A DNA stretch of 64,000 nt from positions 1 through 64,000 of IMG/VR virus record IMGVR_UViG_2940228231_000002; one strand, given 5' to 3'. The translations under genes and the position numbers were made by a program. Every line of letters begins with the position of its first letter. Positions within the stretch are counted from its first letter, which is position 1. Positions 50,044-61,068 of the stretch are shown one piece after another. Under the pieces are notes generated by a model that had not been told where the DNA came from, did not search any database, and was given only the letters and a program-made list of their open reading frames with translations. This stretch comes from a virus. Lineage: Duplodnaviria > Caudoviricetes.

Positions 50044-50331
50044 CTATTTTTCGGTCTTATGCTTAATCACGTCGATAATCTCATCATCGTATATATCGGC
50101 AGTTCCCATGTTGTTATACACAAGCGTATATTTCGCCCCTACTTCAAATTCCCCATATACGCCCCACCATCCACCTTCTTCATTGTCAAAGGTAAATTCC
50201 GTGGTAATTTTGCCACCTTCCACGTGGTTGCCCACTGCCGTTGCCCCTGCAAAACGGATATTCTGCAATGGAATAATGGCACTACTGCCAATAAAAATGC
50301 TCATAGTTATTGCGATTAATTTAATCTTCAT
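50044..50331 (-). CDS. small secreted protein
   Basis: Signal peptide; NNMGT.DIYDDEI. Confidence 0.6.
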   Translation of the reverse strand: MKIKLIAITMSIFIGSSAIIPLQNIRFAGATAVGNHVEGGKITTEFTFDNEEGGWWGVYGEFEVGAKYTLVYNNMGTADIYDDEIIDVIKHKTEK

Positions 50332-50344
50332 GGTGCTCACTCTC

Positions 50345-50851
50345 CTAATATATATACTTGCCACGTTGTTCGTCGGCAATCTGCTCTAATGTTCTGTGCC
50401 CCACTACAATTTCAATTGTGGATTTTGGGTAATGGTTCGCCTGATACTTGCGTGCCTCATATTTCACTTCGCCAAACGCAGGACGCAAATCGCCCTTCTT
50501 AGCTATCTTGTGGGCTAAATCGCCCCATGATACTTGGCACTCCTCTTCATGCTCATAATACATATTGAGTATGCAGTCACTCGTCTTTGATGCCTCTATG
50601 CACTTCTGCCACGGTGTCCAATTTGCGTGCCCACCACTCTTTGTTGGGTCAGATACTACTGGTCGGTAAATTGCCAGTCGTGGTCTGCCCTTGTAGTAGC
50701 CATTTTTGCCCTTAACTTTATAGTCCATGCAATAAAATACGCCCTTCTCGTCTTGCCCATAGATCGCCCCTTTGGGTAGTTCTCGCTCATGATATTTGAA
50801 GCCATGTGCCTTGACTATTTTTAGTCGCACTGGGTATTTGCGTGTGTTCAT
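50345..50851 (-). CDS. hypothetical protein
   Basis: RBS AGGAGGTG; 168 aa. Confidence 0.55.
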   Translation of the reverse strand: MNTRKYPVRLKIVKAHGFKYHERELPKGAIYGQDEKGVFYCMDYKVKGKNGYYKGRPRLAIYRPVVSDPTKSGGHANWTPWQKCIEASKTSDCILNMYYEHEEECQVSWGDLAHKIAKKGDLRPAFGEVKYEARKYQANHYPKSTIEIVVGHRTLEQIADEQRGKYIY

Positions 50852-51410
50852 TTTCTCACACCTCCTGCTGTTGGACTCTTGATTGGTACAGCAATAAGCT
50901 TGCCAGTTCTTTCATCTCGCACTGCCCTAACAAATGCACACTGCATCTGGGCAGACTGATTGCGTTTCTGTTCGTCATTCTTCATTTTCGCCACCTCCTA
51001 CATTGGTGCAATGCCGTATTCGTGCAGTTTGCCACTAAGCCATACTAAAACTAGTGCCGTGCCTAGTACGCACTTCACAGAAAAAACGATTATTTGTTTC
51101 GTGGTGAGTTCTTCACTAGACCACTTGGCGTACGCCTCTTCAAAGTTATATTTCATGATTGGTTCTTCCCTTCTTTGCCACTTAAAAATGGGCAGACTGA
51201 TTGCGTCACTGCCCACTTATTTTTTCGCCCACGTATGACGCTTGCCACGGTGTATCGGCTGATTGCCAATTATTGCACACGCAAGGCATAAATATTGCGT
51301 TACGGCACACTTATTGCGTATATTTTGCGTGCTGTTTGCCGTTTATAAACCTACTTATGATAAATTCGCTTATTATAAGCCTACAATATAAGGTTTGTTT
51401 GTACACTAAA

Positions 51411-51476
51411 AAAGCAAGGCAAGTGCCTTGCTTTCCGTTCCCATATTAAAAAGGCAAGGGAAATACTCCCTTGCCT
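51411..51476 (-). terminator. tandem intrinsic terminators
   Basis: AAAGCAAGGC/GCCTTGCTTT and AGGCAAGGGA/TCCCTTGCCT hairpins with T-tracts on the minus strand. Confidence 0.75.
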
Positions 51477-51485
51477 ATATGATGC

Positions 51486-52322
51486 CTATGCAGTCTTAAC
51501 CTGTGCTTTGGCTTTCGCTTCTACGGTTGAAACCTTGCTCTTCTCATGCTCTTCAATCGCTGACTTCAAACCGTCCTTGTCTGCCTTTGCTACGTATGAT
51601 TGTATGATACTCTTCTTAAGTCCAGACTTGCTAGCTCTACGTTGTAGCCGTTGCCATGACTTCGTTGCAGTCTGTTCGGCTGAAGTAACAAAGTCCTTGT
51701 GGGTCTTCAAGCCAATCAATTGATAAGCTATATACTGCTCTACTTGTTTACGGAATGCATTGGCATTCACTTGACTATACATTGTGGTGGTGTATATCGG
51801 CTCTTCCCTTCTCACTCTTGCACGCTCTACCTGTATCTCTTCAATCTTGCTTGCCTTGACTGTATCGGATAAACGCTTGTTCTGTTCGATTTTTTCTACT
51901 TCATCGGCAAACTTCTTCATAATTGCCTTGCCCTCTTCGGTCAATTCTCTTCTATGAGCCTTCGGTAACAAGGCTTTGTGATTGCCCAAAGTCTTGACGA
52001 TTGCTTGTTGTTCGGCTGTCGGAATGCCCAACATTGATAGAATCGCCTTGAATGAGATGTCTAAACCTGTGCCAGTGCCACCATTAAAAGCCTTGAAAAG
52101 TGCTTTTTGATAGTCTTCAACCTTTAGCTTGTAATCAACAAATGCAATGGCTGAGCCTGTAGCATCCCACTGTTTTTTGTCAAACGGTAGATAAGCCTTG
52201 CCGTCTGCACAAGCTGTTGCCTTTGCTTTTAGCTGTTCGGTTAGGTTATTGGCTGTTGCCAATGGTGTTGCCTTTGGTTCTGCCTTTGCTGTAGCGTTCG
52301 TTTTTAGATTGTTCTTTTTCAT
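51486..52322 (-). CDS. basic Ala/Lys-rich hypothetical protein, first gene of the leftward arm
   Basis: 278 aa; RBS AAGGA. Confidence 0.7.
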   Translation of the reverse strand: MKKNNLKTNATAKAEPKATPLATANNLTEQLKAKATACADGKAYLPFDKKQWDATGSAIAFVDYKLKVEDYQKALFKAFNGGTGTGLDISFKAILSMLGIPTAEQQAIVKTLGNHKALLPKAHRRELTEEGKAIMKKFADEVEKIEQNKRLSDTVKASKIEEIQVERARVRREEPIYTTTMYSQVNANAFRKQVEQYIAYQLIGLKTHKDFVTSAEQTATKSWQRLQRRASKSGLKKSIIQSYVAKADKDGLKSAIEEHEKSKVSTVEAKAKAQVKTA

Positions 52323-53107
52323 GGTTTCCTTCTCCTTCTCCGTCTACTGACGGTTAACAAATGTATTCAAGTGGGATTGTCCCACTTGCTCAAAACAACC
52401 AGTAGTAGATTGGCTTAAGCAAGTGCCTAACCTGTAGGCACTTGAATATAAAAACGTACGTTGTACGGTCAAAGTCATGTTGTGATATATATGGGATTGC
52501 TCCCTTGTCCATAACCGTCACATTCCTGTGCTGACTATCTCTAGCCGTCACGGTTAGTTGCCCTTGTGGGTAAGACTCTATATATATTTGTTAAGGTTCA
52601 ATCTAGTTATGCCATTTCCGTCGCTGTCGATATGTCAACTAAAGCATTAATTCAAAAATAAAGCAAGCGAAAAAATGAAAAAAGGCTAAAAAAGATATAC
52701 GGAAACCTTATAACCGTTGGAATACCAACATTTATAAAGAGTTTTAACTAATGTTAAAAGTTAAAACTGGGGGGTAGGTTTTTCCCAAAGCCTTGCAATC
52801 ACTGGATTAGATCCGGTTAGGGGGTATCAAAAGCACGTAATTTAACCCCCGAAACCACCGATTCTGACCCTTTTTTCTATCGAACGTAACTTCGGTAAAA
52901 CCCCCTAAACTAGCATTATCAACGCTCCTACGCCCCCTGTATAATTCCGTTGCAAATGCAACGAAACTACAAATAGAGGTGCAAATCCCCCAAGGAAAGC
53001 CACTTTATAGCCGAATGTGTATATATCGCACTGCGATACATGTGCAGCAGAAGCCCCCGTTTGCAGTCCCCCGCCCAAAAACTTTTCAAATAAATGTAAC
53101 AAAAAGC

Positions 53108-53136
53108 TTGCATTTCCCCCTCAAATGTGCTATAAT
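53108..53136 (+). promoter_or_regulatory. sigma-A promoter for the recombinase
   Basis: TTGCAT-17-TATAAT with TG. Confidence 0.7.
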
Positions 53137-53340
53137 GTAGAAAATGGATAAGAAGCCTGCTGCGGGAAACCGAAGAATGCGCCAGTTGTTGCAAATTGGG
53201 CATTTATAAGCAACAAGCGAGTGAGACATGTGCTGCATGCCGTGTCTTAAGTTATCGGGCTGCTTTTCAAAAATAAGTAATAAAAGGGATATAAGGGGCA
53301 CACATTCGCCCCGAGGAGAGCTAATAAAGGGGGAGATAAA

Positions 53341-54207
53341 ATGTTAGCAAATAAATACAATTATGAGGACTATTACAAGGCGAATAAGACGCACACAGAG
53401 GAAGGGGCAACTTACGAGGATACACAGATACTGCCCTTCCCCACTATGAGGGAGCAGGAAGAGGAGCAGGGGCAAGAAGTAGCCACCCCCCTCCCACTAC
53501 AAAAAGGAGCAGAGGGAGAACACAACCCCTCCCCTTCACGTAGTGACATATATAGAAAGCCTACCACCACCCAGTACAAGTCAGACGGCATATTAAAGCC
53601 AACCGCTGCCGATCCCATCAGGGATGCCAGTGACGTGCAAAAGATGTTAACATACTTTCTTGACAAAGGTAAGGTACGGGACTATACATTTTTGACGCTT
53701 GGTATATCGTTTGCCCTAAGAGCGGGCGATCTACTGTCGCTTAAGATAGAGGACGTATTTAACTTAGATGGCACAGTGAAGAGCCACTTTGTCATTTACG
53801 AGGATAAGACAAACAAGAGGCAGAAGGTGCACATCAATGAGAAGTGCAAGGAAGCCCTGTCCCTTTATCTAGACTCACTGGATGACGTATACAGCACTGA
53901 CCCACTGTTTATGAGTAGGCAGCGCGATCAGTGGGGCAACAAAAAGGCGATTACCATTCAGCAGGCAATCACGGTGCTAAAGAAGGCGGCCAAGGAGTGT
54001 GGCGTTAAGGGGCACATTAGCAGTCATAGTATGAGGAAGACATTCGCCTACCACACGATAAAGAACAATGAGGGCAATCAAGAGGTGTTACTGATGTTAC
54101 AGCACATGTACAAGCACACGGACATAAAGACCACATTCAGGTACTGCGGGATTGAAGAGGAGCAGATTGACGCACTGAGAGAAGATATAGGCGGGATTTT
54201 ACTATGA
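53341..54207 (+). CDS. tyrosine recombinase/integrase
   Basis: RD...LRAGDLL, KT, HSMRKTF, H...TFRY catalytic set. Confidence 0.92.
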   Translation: MLANKYNYEDYYKANKTHTEEGATYEDTQILPFPTMREQEEEQGQEVATPLPLQKGAEGEHNPSPSRSDIYRKPTTTQYKSDGILKPTAADPIRDASDVQKMLTYFLDKGKVRDYTFLTLGISFALRAGDLLSLKIEDVFNLDGTVKSHFVIYEDKTNKRQKVHINEKCKEALSLYLDSLDDVYSTDPLFMSRQRDQWGNKKAITIQQAITVLKKAAKECGVKGHISSHSMRKTFAYHTIKNNEGNQEVLLMLQHMYKHTDIKTTFRYCGIEEEQIDALREDIGGILL

Positions 54208-54822
54208 GGCGGCGAGTAAGGAGCGAAGTACAGTGTCCCTATAGAGCGAGGAAAGGATTTAGGCAAGCAACTTATCAAGTGGCGAGTAAAAGTAGCCACA
54301 TACGTCGCTCAAGAGTCTGTACGGTGTCATATGGGGCAAGGGTCGGTATGCAGATAGGCATAGAAGCAGTGGCCCACATTACAGGGCAAGAGAAGAGAGA
54401 GCCACCATGAGGCTGGAACAGTAAGGGGCGGGATAAGACACAGAAGTCCACATCCCCCTTCCCCACCACAGGGGCAAGTAAGTAGTAGTGATAGTAAGCA
54501 GTGAGGGGCGTGACTTGCAAGTAGCGATGGAGACACACAGTAGGAGGCAAAGAGGAGTAGCGAGGGAGAGAGGGAGGCAGGGGTATGGCGCAAGCCACAC
54601 GAGCGTAAGCGAAGCATAAGCGATTGCTGAAAAGCAAGAGCGCCCTAAAATCTACTTATTGTATTAAAATACAATATTAATTTAAGGATTCAGAAAATAC
54701 ATATTTTGGGTGACGGTAAACTATATGTGTATCCCATAGTGTTACCACCAAACGGTGATTTTCTGATAGTCATGCTAAAATTGAAAAACTACAAAAAAAC
54801 ACGAAAAATTAGAGGAGAAAAA

Positions 54823-55665
54823 ATGATAGAAAAAGATAAAAAAAAGATCAGAAAAGATGATCAGCGAAGATATATAATTGTGCCTTCAGAAATTTGGGAG
54901 AAGAGAAATGAATATAGACTTCTTCTGCCGATATTTGTTTTCTTACAAACTCACAGGAGATTTGATGAAAAAGTAACGGCAAATATGCAAATGTTAATGG
55001 GAGCATGTGGGTTCTCATACGAAAATAAGCATAATAGAAAGAAAAATATTGAGGAAATTTGCACCACATTAGACTATTTGAAAGAGACCTATCACATTGA
55101 AAAGTTCACAGCTATTGATAATACGACAGAGGTAGATATTAGATGTATTATGCCGTCGGCAGTGTTTATCATAGAGATGAATATTTTAATTACAAACTTC
55201 AGACAAGATGACAAGTTGTTTATCAAAATATGGGTGGAAGACTATGTTGCCATCTGCAATCATTTTTCAAAAAACAATAGGACGCAACTTAGAGGTGCAT
55301 TAATGTTATATGCTTATGTTGTTCGTAGCATGTTTTGGAAGAGCTCTAGGAGTTTTGATACAGAGGAAGAACTTTGTATGTATATAGATGAAAACCCTGA
55401 GTACTTTAGAAAAGATATACAGTCCATCGCAGATGATCTCAACATGAGTGGAATGTCTAAATCAACCATAGGACGTCTGCTTAAGCTCTTAGAAAGTGCA
55501 GGAGCCCTACACCACAGGACTGGATATGTGATAACTAAAAAAGGTACGGTGTCTAATGTAGGAACAGTTATGGTGCGCCACACGCCCTATTGGGAAAGAG
55601 AATTAGATTCTGCACTGCATAAGGAATTAAATAAGAGAAGGAGATATAAAAATGCGGAAAATTGA
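54823..55665 (+). CDS. putative winged-helix replication/regulatory protein
   Basis: SIADDLNMSGMSKSTIGRLLKLLE HTH-like segment; RBS AGGAG. Confidence 0.5.
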   Translation: MIEKDKKKIRKDDQRRYIIVPSEIWEKRNEYRLLLPIFVFLQTHRRFDEKVTANMQMLMGACGFSYENKHNRKKNIEEICTTLDYLKETYHIEKFTAIDNTTEVDIRCIMPSAVFIIEMNILITNFRQDDKLFIKIWVEDYVAICNHFSKNNRTQLRGALMLYAYVVRSMFWKSSRSFDTEEELCMYIDENPEYFRKDIQSIADDLNMSGMSKSTIGRLLKLLESAGALHHRTGYVITKKGTVSNVGTVMVRHTPYWERELDSALHKELNKRRRYKNAEN

Positions 55666-56431
55666 AGACAAACTCTTTATTCAGATTCCAAAAGACATTT
55701 TTGTTGTCGCACGAAGAAATAAGCTAATATTGCCTCTGTTTATAGAGATAAAATCATCTCCAAACAATTATGAAACTCAGAAATTAGACTTAAATAAAGT
55801 GGTTGAAAAAATTGGCACTCCTGAATCACATTTGTTAGATGAGTTGAAATATATAGAACTTGTCAACAGTGCGATTGATAAGATGAGATGTTATGGAGAT
55901 ATTAAATATGCGAAATTTAAGAAGAGCGGAGAATTTTCCGTAAATAGCTCCGTATCATTTGTCCCACAAACATCTTATTTGAAATATAAAGAACGCCCTT
56001 ATGTTGTTGGATATTATGAGGATTTTAGGGCGATTATTAACTACTGTGAGGCAAATGAAGTGCCTATAATTGGTGAAATGTGCGTGATGTACACTTATAT
56101 TAAGAAAGCAATTTTTAATGCATCATATAGCTTAGACTTTGCAGACCCCAGCGATTGGTCTGCATATGTTGTGGAGAATCCTGAATATCGGGTGTTGAGC
56201 ATTAATACGATTTATAACGGAATAAAGCCTGCAATGGACAAGGAGCAGATAGATACAGTAATAAAAGCCCTTGATGATTGCGAAGCCCTCCACTATCGAA
56301 AGCTAGAGGACGGGAGATACTTATTTGTAAATGACTCAGTTTACTGGGAATTAGAAATGGATAGTGCTATTAAGAAAGAGCGAGAATTAGAGGACTCTCG
56401 CGCGAAAGAAGAAGAAAGGAGTTCTAGTTAA
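55652..56431 (+). CDS. distant paralog of 54823-55665
   Basis: Shared FI..P..I, LLP.F, ED..AI, Y..ENPEY, ALH.R, YWE.E.DSA. Confidence 0.6.
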   Translation: MRKIEDKLFIQIPKDIFVVARRNKLILPLFIEIKSSPNNYETQKLDLNKVVEKIGTPESHLLDELKYIELVNSAIDKMRCYGDIKYAKFKKSGEFSVNSSVSFVPQTSYLKYKERPYVVGYYEDFRAIINYCEANEVPIIGEMCVMYTYIKKAIFNASYSLDFADPSDWSAYVVENPEYRVLSINTIYNGIKPAMDKEQIDTVIKALDDCEALHYRKLEDGRYLFVNDSVYWELEMDSAIKKERELEDSRAKEEERSSS

Positions 56432-56452
56432 ATTGACGGCTAGTAAAAGTGA

Positions 56453-56653
56453 ATGACAGAAAGGATTAGAGATTTATTCACCTGTAAGAACTGCCAATGG
56501 AGTACGCAGTGTGGTGATAGCAACGGGGAAATTTGTGAGTGGTACGACTCACTATGCGAGTTAGAGGGCGAAGTTGAAGAGCGCCTAATAGTTGAAGCCA
56601 ATCGCCTAAAATATGGGCACGATTGGGAGATTTATATAAAAGAAGACAATTAG
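56453..56653 (+). CDS. small Cys-containing protein
   Basis: CKNC.W..QC...IC. Confidence 0.55.
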   Translation: MTERIRDLFTCKNCQWSTQCGDSNGEICEWYDSLCELEGEVEERLIVEANRLKYGHDWEIYIKEDN

Positions 56654-56674
56654 AGATTAAATTAAGGGGGAAAT

Positions 56675-56779
56675 ATGAAAAATATTGTAAAAGCGTTCAA
56701 AAATGAACAATTTGGAGAAGTTAGAACTATAAATGATAATGATGACTTGGGCGTAGAAAGTGAGGTTCGTATTGTTTGA
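56675..56779 (+). pseudogene. truncated BRO-N antirepressor fragment
   Basis: MKNIVKAFKNEQFGEVRTI... stops after 34 codons; RBS AAGGGGG. Confidence 0.65.
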
Positions 56780-56818
56780 TACACAGCAGAAAATGACTAG
56801 AGATTGCGGGGTGGTTTA

Positions 56819-59800
56819 ATGTTTGCACCTAAACTATACTCTGTTTACAAAATATCTTTGCGGGATATTGTGGCGGCTGACTATAGGCTGAGTGGTACTA
56901 ACGACGAGCTGAGAAAATATCGAGTGCGTCAGCAAGATGGTGGCATATTACGGCAAATACGCCTCATCACTGGAGACGACGGAAAGTTCAATCCATATAT
57001 TGTGTTCGTCATGTTAGATAAAAAAGACAAAGAGATTATTGCCCAAATAATCAGGAACGGCTTTTATATCAACGAGACCCACTTCACATTTAGTGAGAGG
57101 TCGGCATCTATGACAAGGAGCGGAATGTTAAGTTTTGTAGATACGACAATTATTGACGAACTTAATGAGCGTGTGAATATGGACATTGCAGATACTAAAA
57201 CGGTACTCAGCAAGAAATATGCATACCGAGGATTGTTCCTAAGCTCCAGTCATATGCTTGAGGGATTCTTCCCCAAGATGATTGTAGTGCCAGACTACTT
57301 CCCCACTATAAAAGACCAGCACATCAAATATGCTTATGATGATACGCTGCACTTTGTAGATAAAGAAGGTCGGGAACGCACGTGGACACAAAAGAATATC
57401 GCCGAGGGAATTAGGGATATTGAAATAAATGCTTTTGACGGGAGCGGGATTTGTCACCCTGCTATCTCAAGACAGATAGAGCAATTATTGGGAAGCCCTA
57501 CCCCTGTCAGCAGTTATATTATCCGCGCACCTTACATTAAGGGCCTTGTACATGAAATTGATTATGAGTCGTTTTTCTTAGAGCGAGGCATCACACAAAT
57601 CAAAGATATATGGGGCATATATCACGATTTCTCGGAGCCAATGATTATTATGACTGAGGGCATGTATAAGGGGCTTGGATATTTCAAGACCTACGGCGAT
57701 GAGCGAGATTGGGAGCTTTATTGGGAGAAATTTCATAAGTATGAGCATTGCATAGGCATTACAAAGTGGAACTTCACCGCCGATGAAGAGCCTGTGTATA
57801 CCAGAGCAAATTATCAGATACTGCAAGATTTGAAATTGTCTTATGAGGACTTTAGGAGCTTGTCGGACTACAGTATTGAATGGGCGGATAAAATTATCCA
57901 CGGAGATCCATTTTATACATACTCCTTCCTCGGAATGTACGCCGATAGTCATAAGGCAAAGAATGACTACATCGCTGCTATTCTTAAAGACCCAGAGATG
58001 TTAAAGGAGCAGAGCGTGAAAAAATACTTGCTGAACTCACTGACAAAATATCGCAATGATATGAAGTGTGGCAAGTTATGGCTTAAGTCAACATTTAAGT
58101 TCTTGGCTCCAGATTTAATTATGCTTATGGAATGGATTGGCGGGCTTGACCCTGTAGGCTCTTTGGAGAGTGACGAATTTTATTCTCATAGTAAAGACGG
58201 GGCTTATGAGGGAGAGTTCTTAATTGAACGGAACCCGCACATCTGCCATAGTGAACATACTATATTGACTGGTGTTCAAAATGAAGTAATCAACACATAT
58301 TGTTCTCATCTTGATAACGTGTGTATGATCAACTGTAAAAGTATTGTTCCTCAAAAAATAAACGGGGCCGATTACCCCTTAAAAAGTCCACCCTTGCAGG
58401 AATGCAAGGTGTGCAACGGTGTGAACTGCTTATCGGCAGGTGTGGTGGAAGCACATTGTATTGAGCAGGAAATGGCTCATTAATTCCGCTGCTAACTGGG
58501 GAGGTATGAATGTCGTGTTCATAATAATCCAGTGCTACACTTTAAGCAAATAAGCTTAAAGAAAGTCTAGAGACTATGGGTGATGAGTGTAGCCCAGTAC
58601 CTGCCCTATTGATACGGGTTTGGGAAGCGTACCGCCACCAGAACGGTGGAAGATATAGTCCCTATATATCAATATAGGTTTGATGGAGACCTGATTCTCC
58701 TGATTGATAATGAAATGATGATGCGAGGTGTTGACAGAGATGCTCCAGTGGTTATGGACATCGAAGACAAAATTACAGCCCTCGCTGAAGAGGATACAAT
58801 AGATAACCGAGTTAACCTAGTGTTACGCACAATAAACTCCTTAATTGGAGAAACGAGTAAATATTTGCTCCTTTGTATGGCGACATATAATAGCAAACCT
58901 CTTTAATTGCTGGAAACCCCTTAGAGCGTTTCTAACTACAACATAATCAGAAATGATAAGTGTGAATGTGTAAAAATAGAAACGATTGGGCAATCAGCAG
59001 CCAAGCTCCTTAAACGGAAAAGGTTCAACGACTATCGCATGTGCGAGTACATTCAAGCGAATGGAAACGGGAGGCATCTCCATGAGATGAAGATATAGTC
59101 TGTACATCTACGGAAACGTAGAGAGATGATATTAGCGACATCATCGTAACAAAGTAGAATTGTGCAACAGGTTATCACAATAAGCAACCACGAGACGAGG
59201 AAACAAGAAAGAAATACGAGTCTTATGTGGATTTATTAAGCATAATTAACGGAAAGGTGATAAATGCGTAGGCTGTCACCCTATGTGGCGACACATAGAA
59301 AACAAGTTGGTGAACTCGTAAATGCGAGGTGTGCATCTTACAGTTGGAATCGCAGGAAATGGCGATTTGAAGATGTGCTAACAGGGAAAAAGATTATCTC
59401 AATCCTGTGCCAAGCCTGAGCAGAGATGCTCTTGAAGGTCAAGAGACTAAGATACACGGGCTTTTTAAGTCTATGAAATCTGTACATGGTGAGTGAAATT
59501 CTCTCCGTGGAAGCGCCAACCTCTCACACTTGTGAGATGAAGATATAGTCCAAATGAGACTACGCCAAAACTGGAGTGTTGTACAACATTCCAAAACACA
59601 TTGCAAAATATAGTAAGCCCCTGCCCTACTTCATGAAATATGCGTCTGAGTATTATAAGGGATTGAATACTTTTTCAAACGCAAACAGCAACATGAATAG
59701 ACTTTGTAAAGATATTGAGAAATGGAGCAAGAAACAGAGATACACTGGGCTAGATAGAAACTTCGACTACAAAATAATGATAGACGATTCTATTGATATA

Positions 59801-60214
59801 GAGCCAGAGCTCCAAGAAGAAATAAATAAATTGTATTTAGAATTCTGTAAAGAAATGGCGGACTTGCACCATGACCAGACAAGCGTCAGAAAACGTGGAG
59901 ACGAGTCCTTGTCTAAGTATAATGCTATGAACTTTACAATTAACTGGGGATATTACTATGACACATATCGTGAAAGAAGCGAGAAAATTTGTGGGGATAA
60001 GAAAAAATTAGCAAACATGGCTGTTCGTGCCTGCTATGAATTTCACCCGCAAAAGAAGAACTCAAAATTTGCTTGGTGCGTCGCTGGAGATGGTATTGTT
60101 GAGAACTTAAAACAACGGTCTCACCCACTCCCGCTTAGAGACGATGACGGCGAATATGAGTATCTTGGGAAAAGATATACAATGAAACAAATAGAGGGGG
60201 TTGATGAAGAATAA
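56819..60214 (+). CDS. YonO-like single-subunit (RdRP-fold) RNA polymerase; exons 56819-58372, 58679-58858, 59158-59261, 59557-60214 (831 aa spliced)
   Basis: SASMTR, FDGSG, IRAPYIKG, RNPH; splicing restores NGADFDGD, IGETSN and VIDYAKTG; upstream of phosphoesterase and HU as in SPbeta-like phages. Confidence 0.88.
58373..58678 (+). ncRNA. group I intron 1 (306 nt, no ORF)
   Basis: 5' exon ends in U, intron ends in G; AATCCAGTGC, AGAGACTA, AAGATATAGTCC. Confidence 0.9.
58859..59157 (+). ncRNA. group I intron 2 (299 nt, no ORF)
   Basis: P1 GAGT/GCTC; AATTGCTGGAAA, AATCAGCAG, GTTCAACGACTA, AAGATATAGTC; terminal G. Confidence 0.92.
59262..59556 (+). ncRNA. group I intron 3 (295 nt, no ORF)
   Basis: P1 GGTGAT/GTCACC; AATCCTGTGCC, AGAGACTA, AAGATATAGTCC; terminal G. 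Confidence 0.9.
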
Positions 60215-61068
60215 TCAATGAAAGGGTTGAAGTATTAGGATATTTAAGAGGAGAAAATCTACATAGGGATATCGAGTATCGGATTTGCTTATTGCTCGCA
60301 AAGTGGTTTTACGAGAATGGGGCGAAAACGGTATTAGATATAAGAAACAAGCTCAAGGAATGGGCGACAGAAAATGATTTCTATTTAACGGTGGCTATGA
60401 ATCCAGTAGCCACCAGAGTAATAACTGGGGACATGAAATTGCTTGGCACCTCCCCCATCTACATAAACGATGAGGATGTCAAGCTTATTAAAAACAGATT
60501 CGACACTGAAAAAGAAAGGCTTGTGGCATTGTCCATCCTGTGCTATGCGAAGGCATACGCAGACAAGAAGAAAGAATTCAGATTGTCGAAGAACGCATTC
60601 TCATTATGGGTTGGCATTGATAAGAAAACGACGAGAAAGTATATCAATGAAGCTATAGATGTGGAGTATATTACTCTTTGCGATAAGGGTTCAATTAACT
60701 CATGGTATCAAACTACTGTAGTGAGTCAGCTTGGCACATATAAGATTGAGGCCCCGCTAGAAAATAGTGGGCAGTATGAACTTGTGGATAATAATATCTA
60801 TGAATTGTACGATTTAATATTTGAGGGCATTGATCAGACGCAAGAAGTTTGGTATGGCATACCAGAATATAATGACTGGTATCAGATTAGTAATATGGGG
60901 AGAGTAAAAGTTTGCGAGCGAATAGTTGGCGATAGAGTTTTTAAGTCGAAAATTCTTAAGCCATATAAAAGTAGCAGCGGAAAAGAATATATTTATATGT
61001 ATTCTGATCAAAAAAAGCAAGAAAGGGTCTGCCTCGAAAAACTAAAGCGAGTAATTGCAACGGATTAA
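60211..61068 (+). CDS. hypothetical protein with C-terminal NUMOD4 motif; probable ATA start
   Basis: EVW..IPEY..WYQISNMGRVK...KILKP; frame open from ATA 60211 after GAGGGGG. Confidence 0.65.
   Translation: MINERVEVLGYLRGENLHRDIEYRICLLLAKWFYENGAKTVLDIRNKLKEWATENDFYLTVAMNPVATRVITGDMKLLGTSPIYINDEDVKLIKNRFDTEKERLVALSILCYAKAYADKKKEFRLSKNAFSLWVGIDKKTTRKYINEAIDVEYITLCDKGSINSWYQTTVVSQLGTYKIEAPLENSGQYELVDNNIYELYDLIFEGIDQTQEVWYGIPEYNDWYQISNMGRVKVCERIVGDRVFKSKILKPYKSSSGKEYIYMYSDQKKQERVCLEKLKRVIATD

Noticed and set aside
50948-51206. 18-bp direct repeat TGGGCAGACTGATTGCGT (50948, 51189)
   Set aside because: Only two copies, one inside a terminator-like hairpin; no function can be supported.
52881-52894. 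Second SOS box (CGAACGTAACTTCG)
   Set aside because: One mismatch in the conserved half-site and no clear promoter overlap.
54204-54637. Several overlapping short ORFs after the recombinase
   Set aside because: Low-complexity translations in several frames, without convincing RBSs.
56804-60214. RNA polymerase pseudogene split into three ORFs
   Set aside because: The gaps carry group I intron core motifs, and splicing restores the frame and catalytic motifs.
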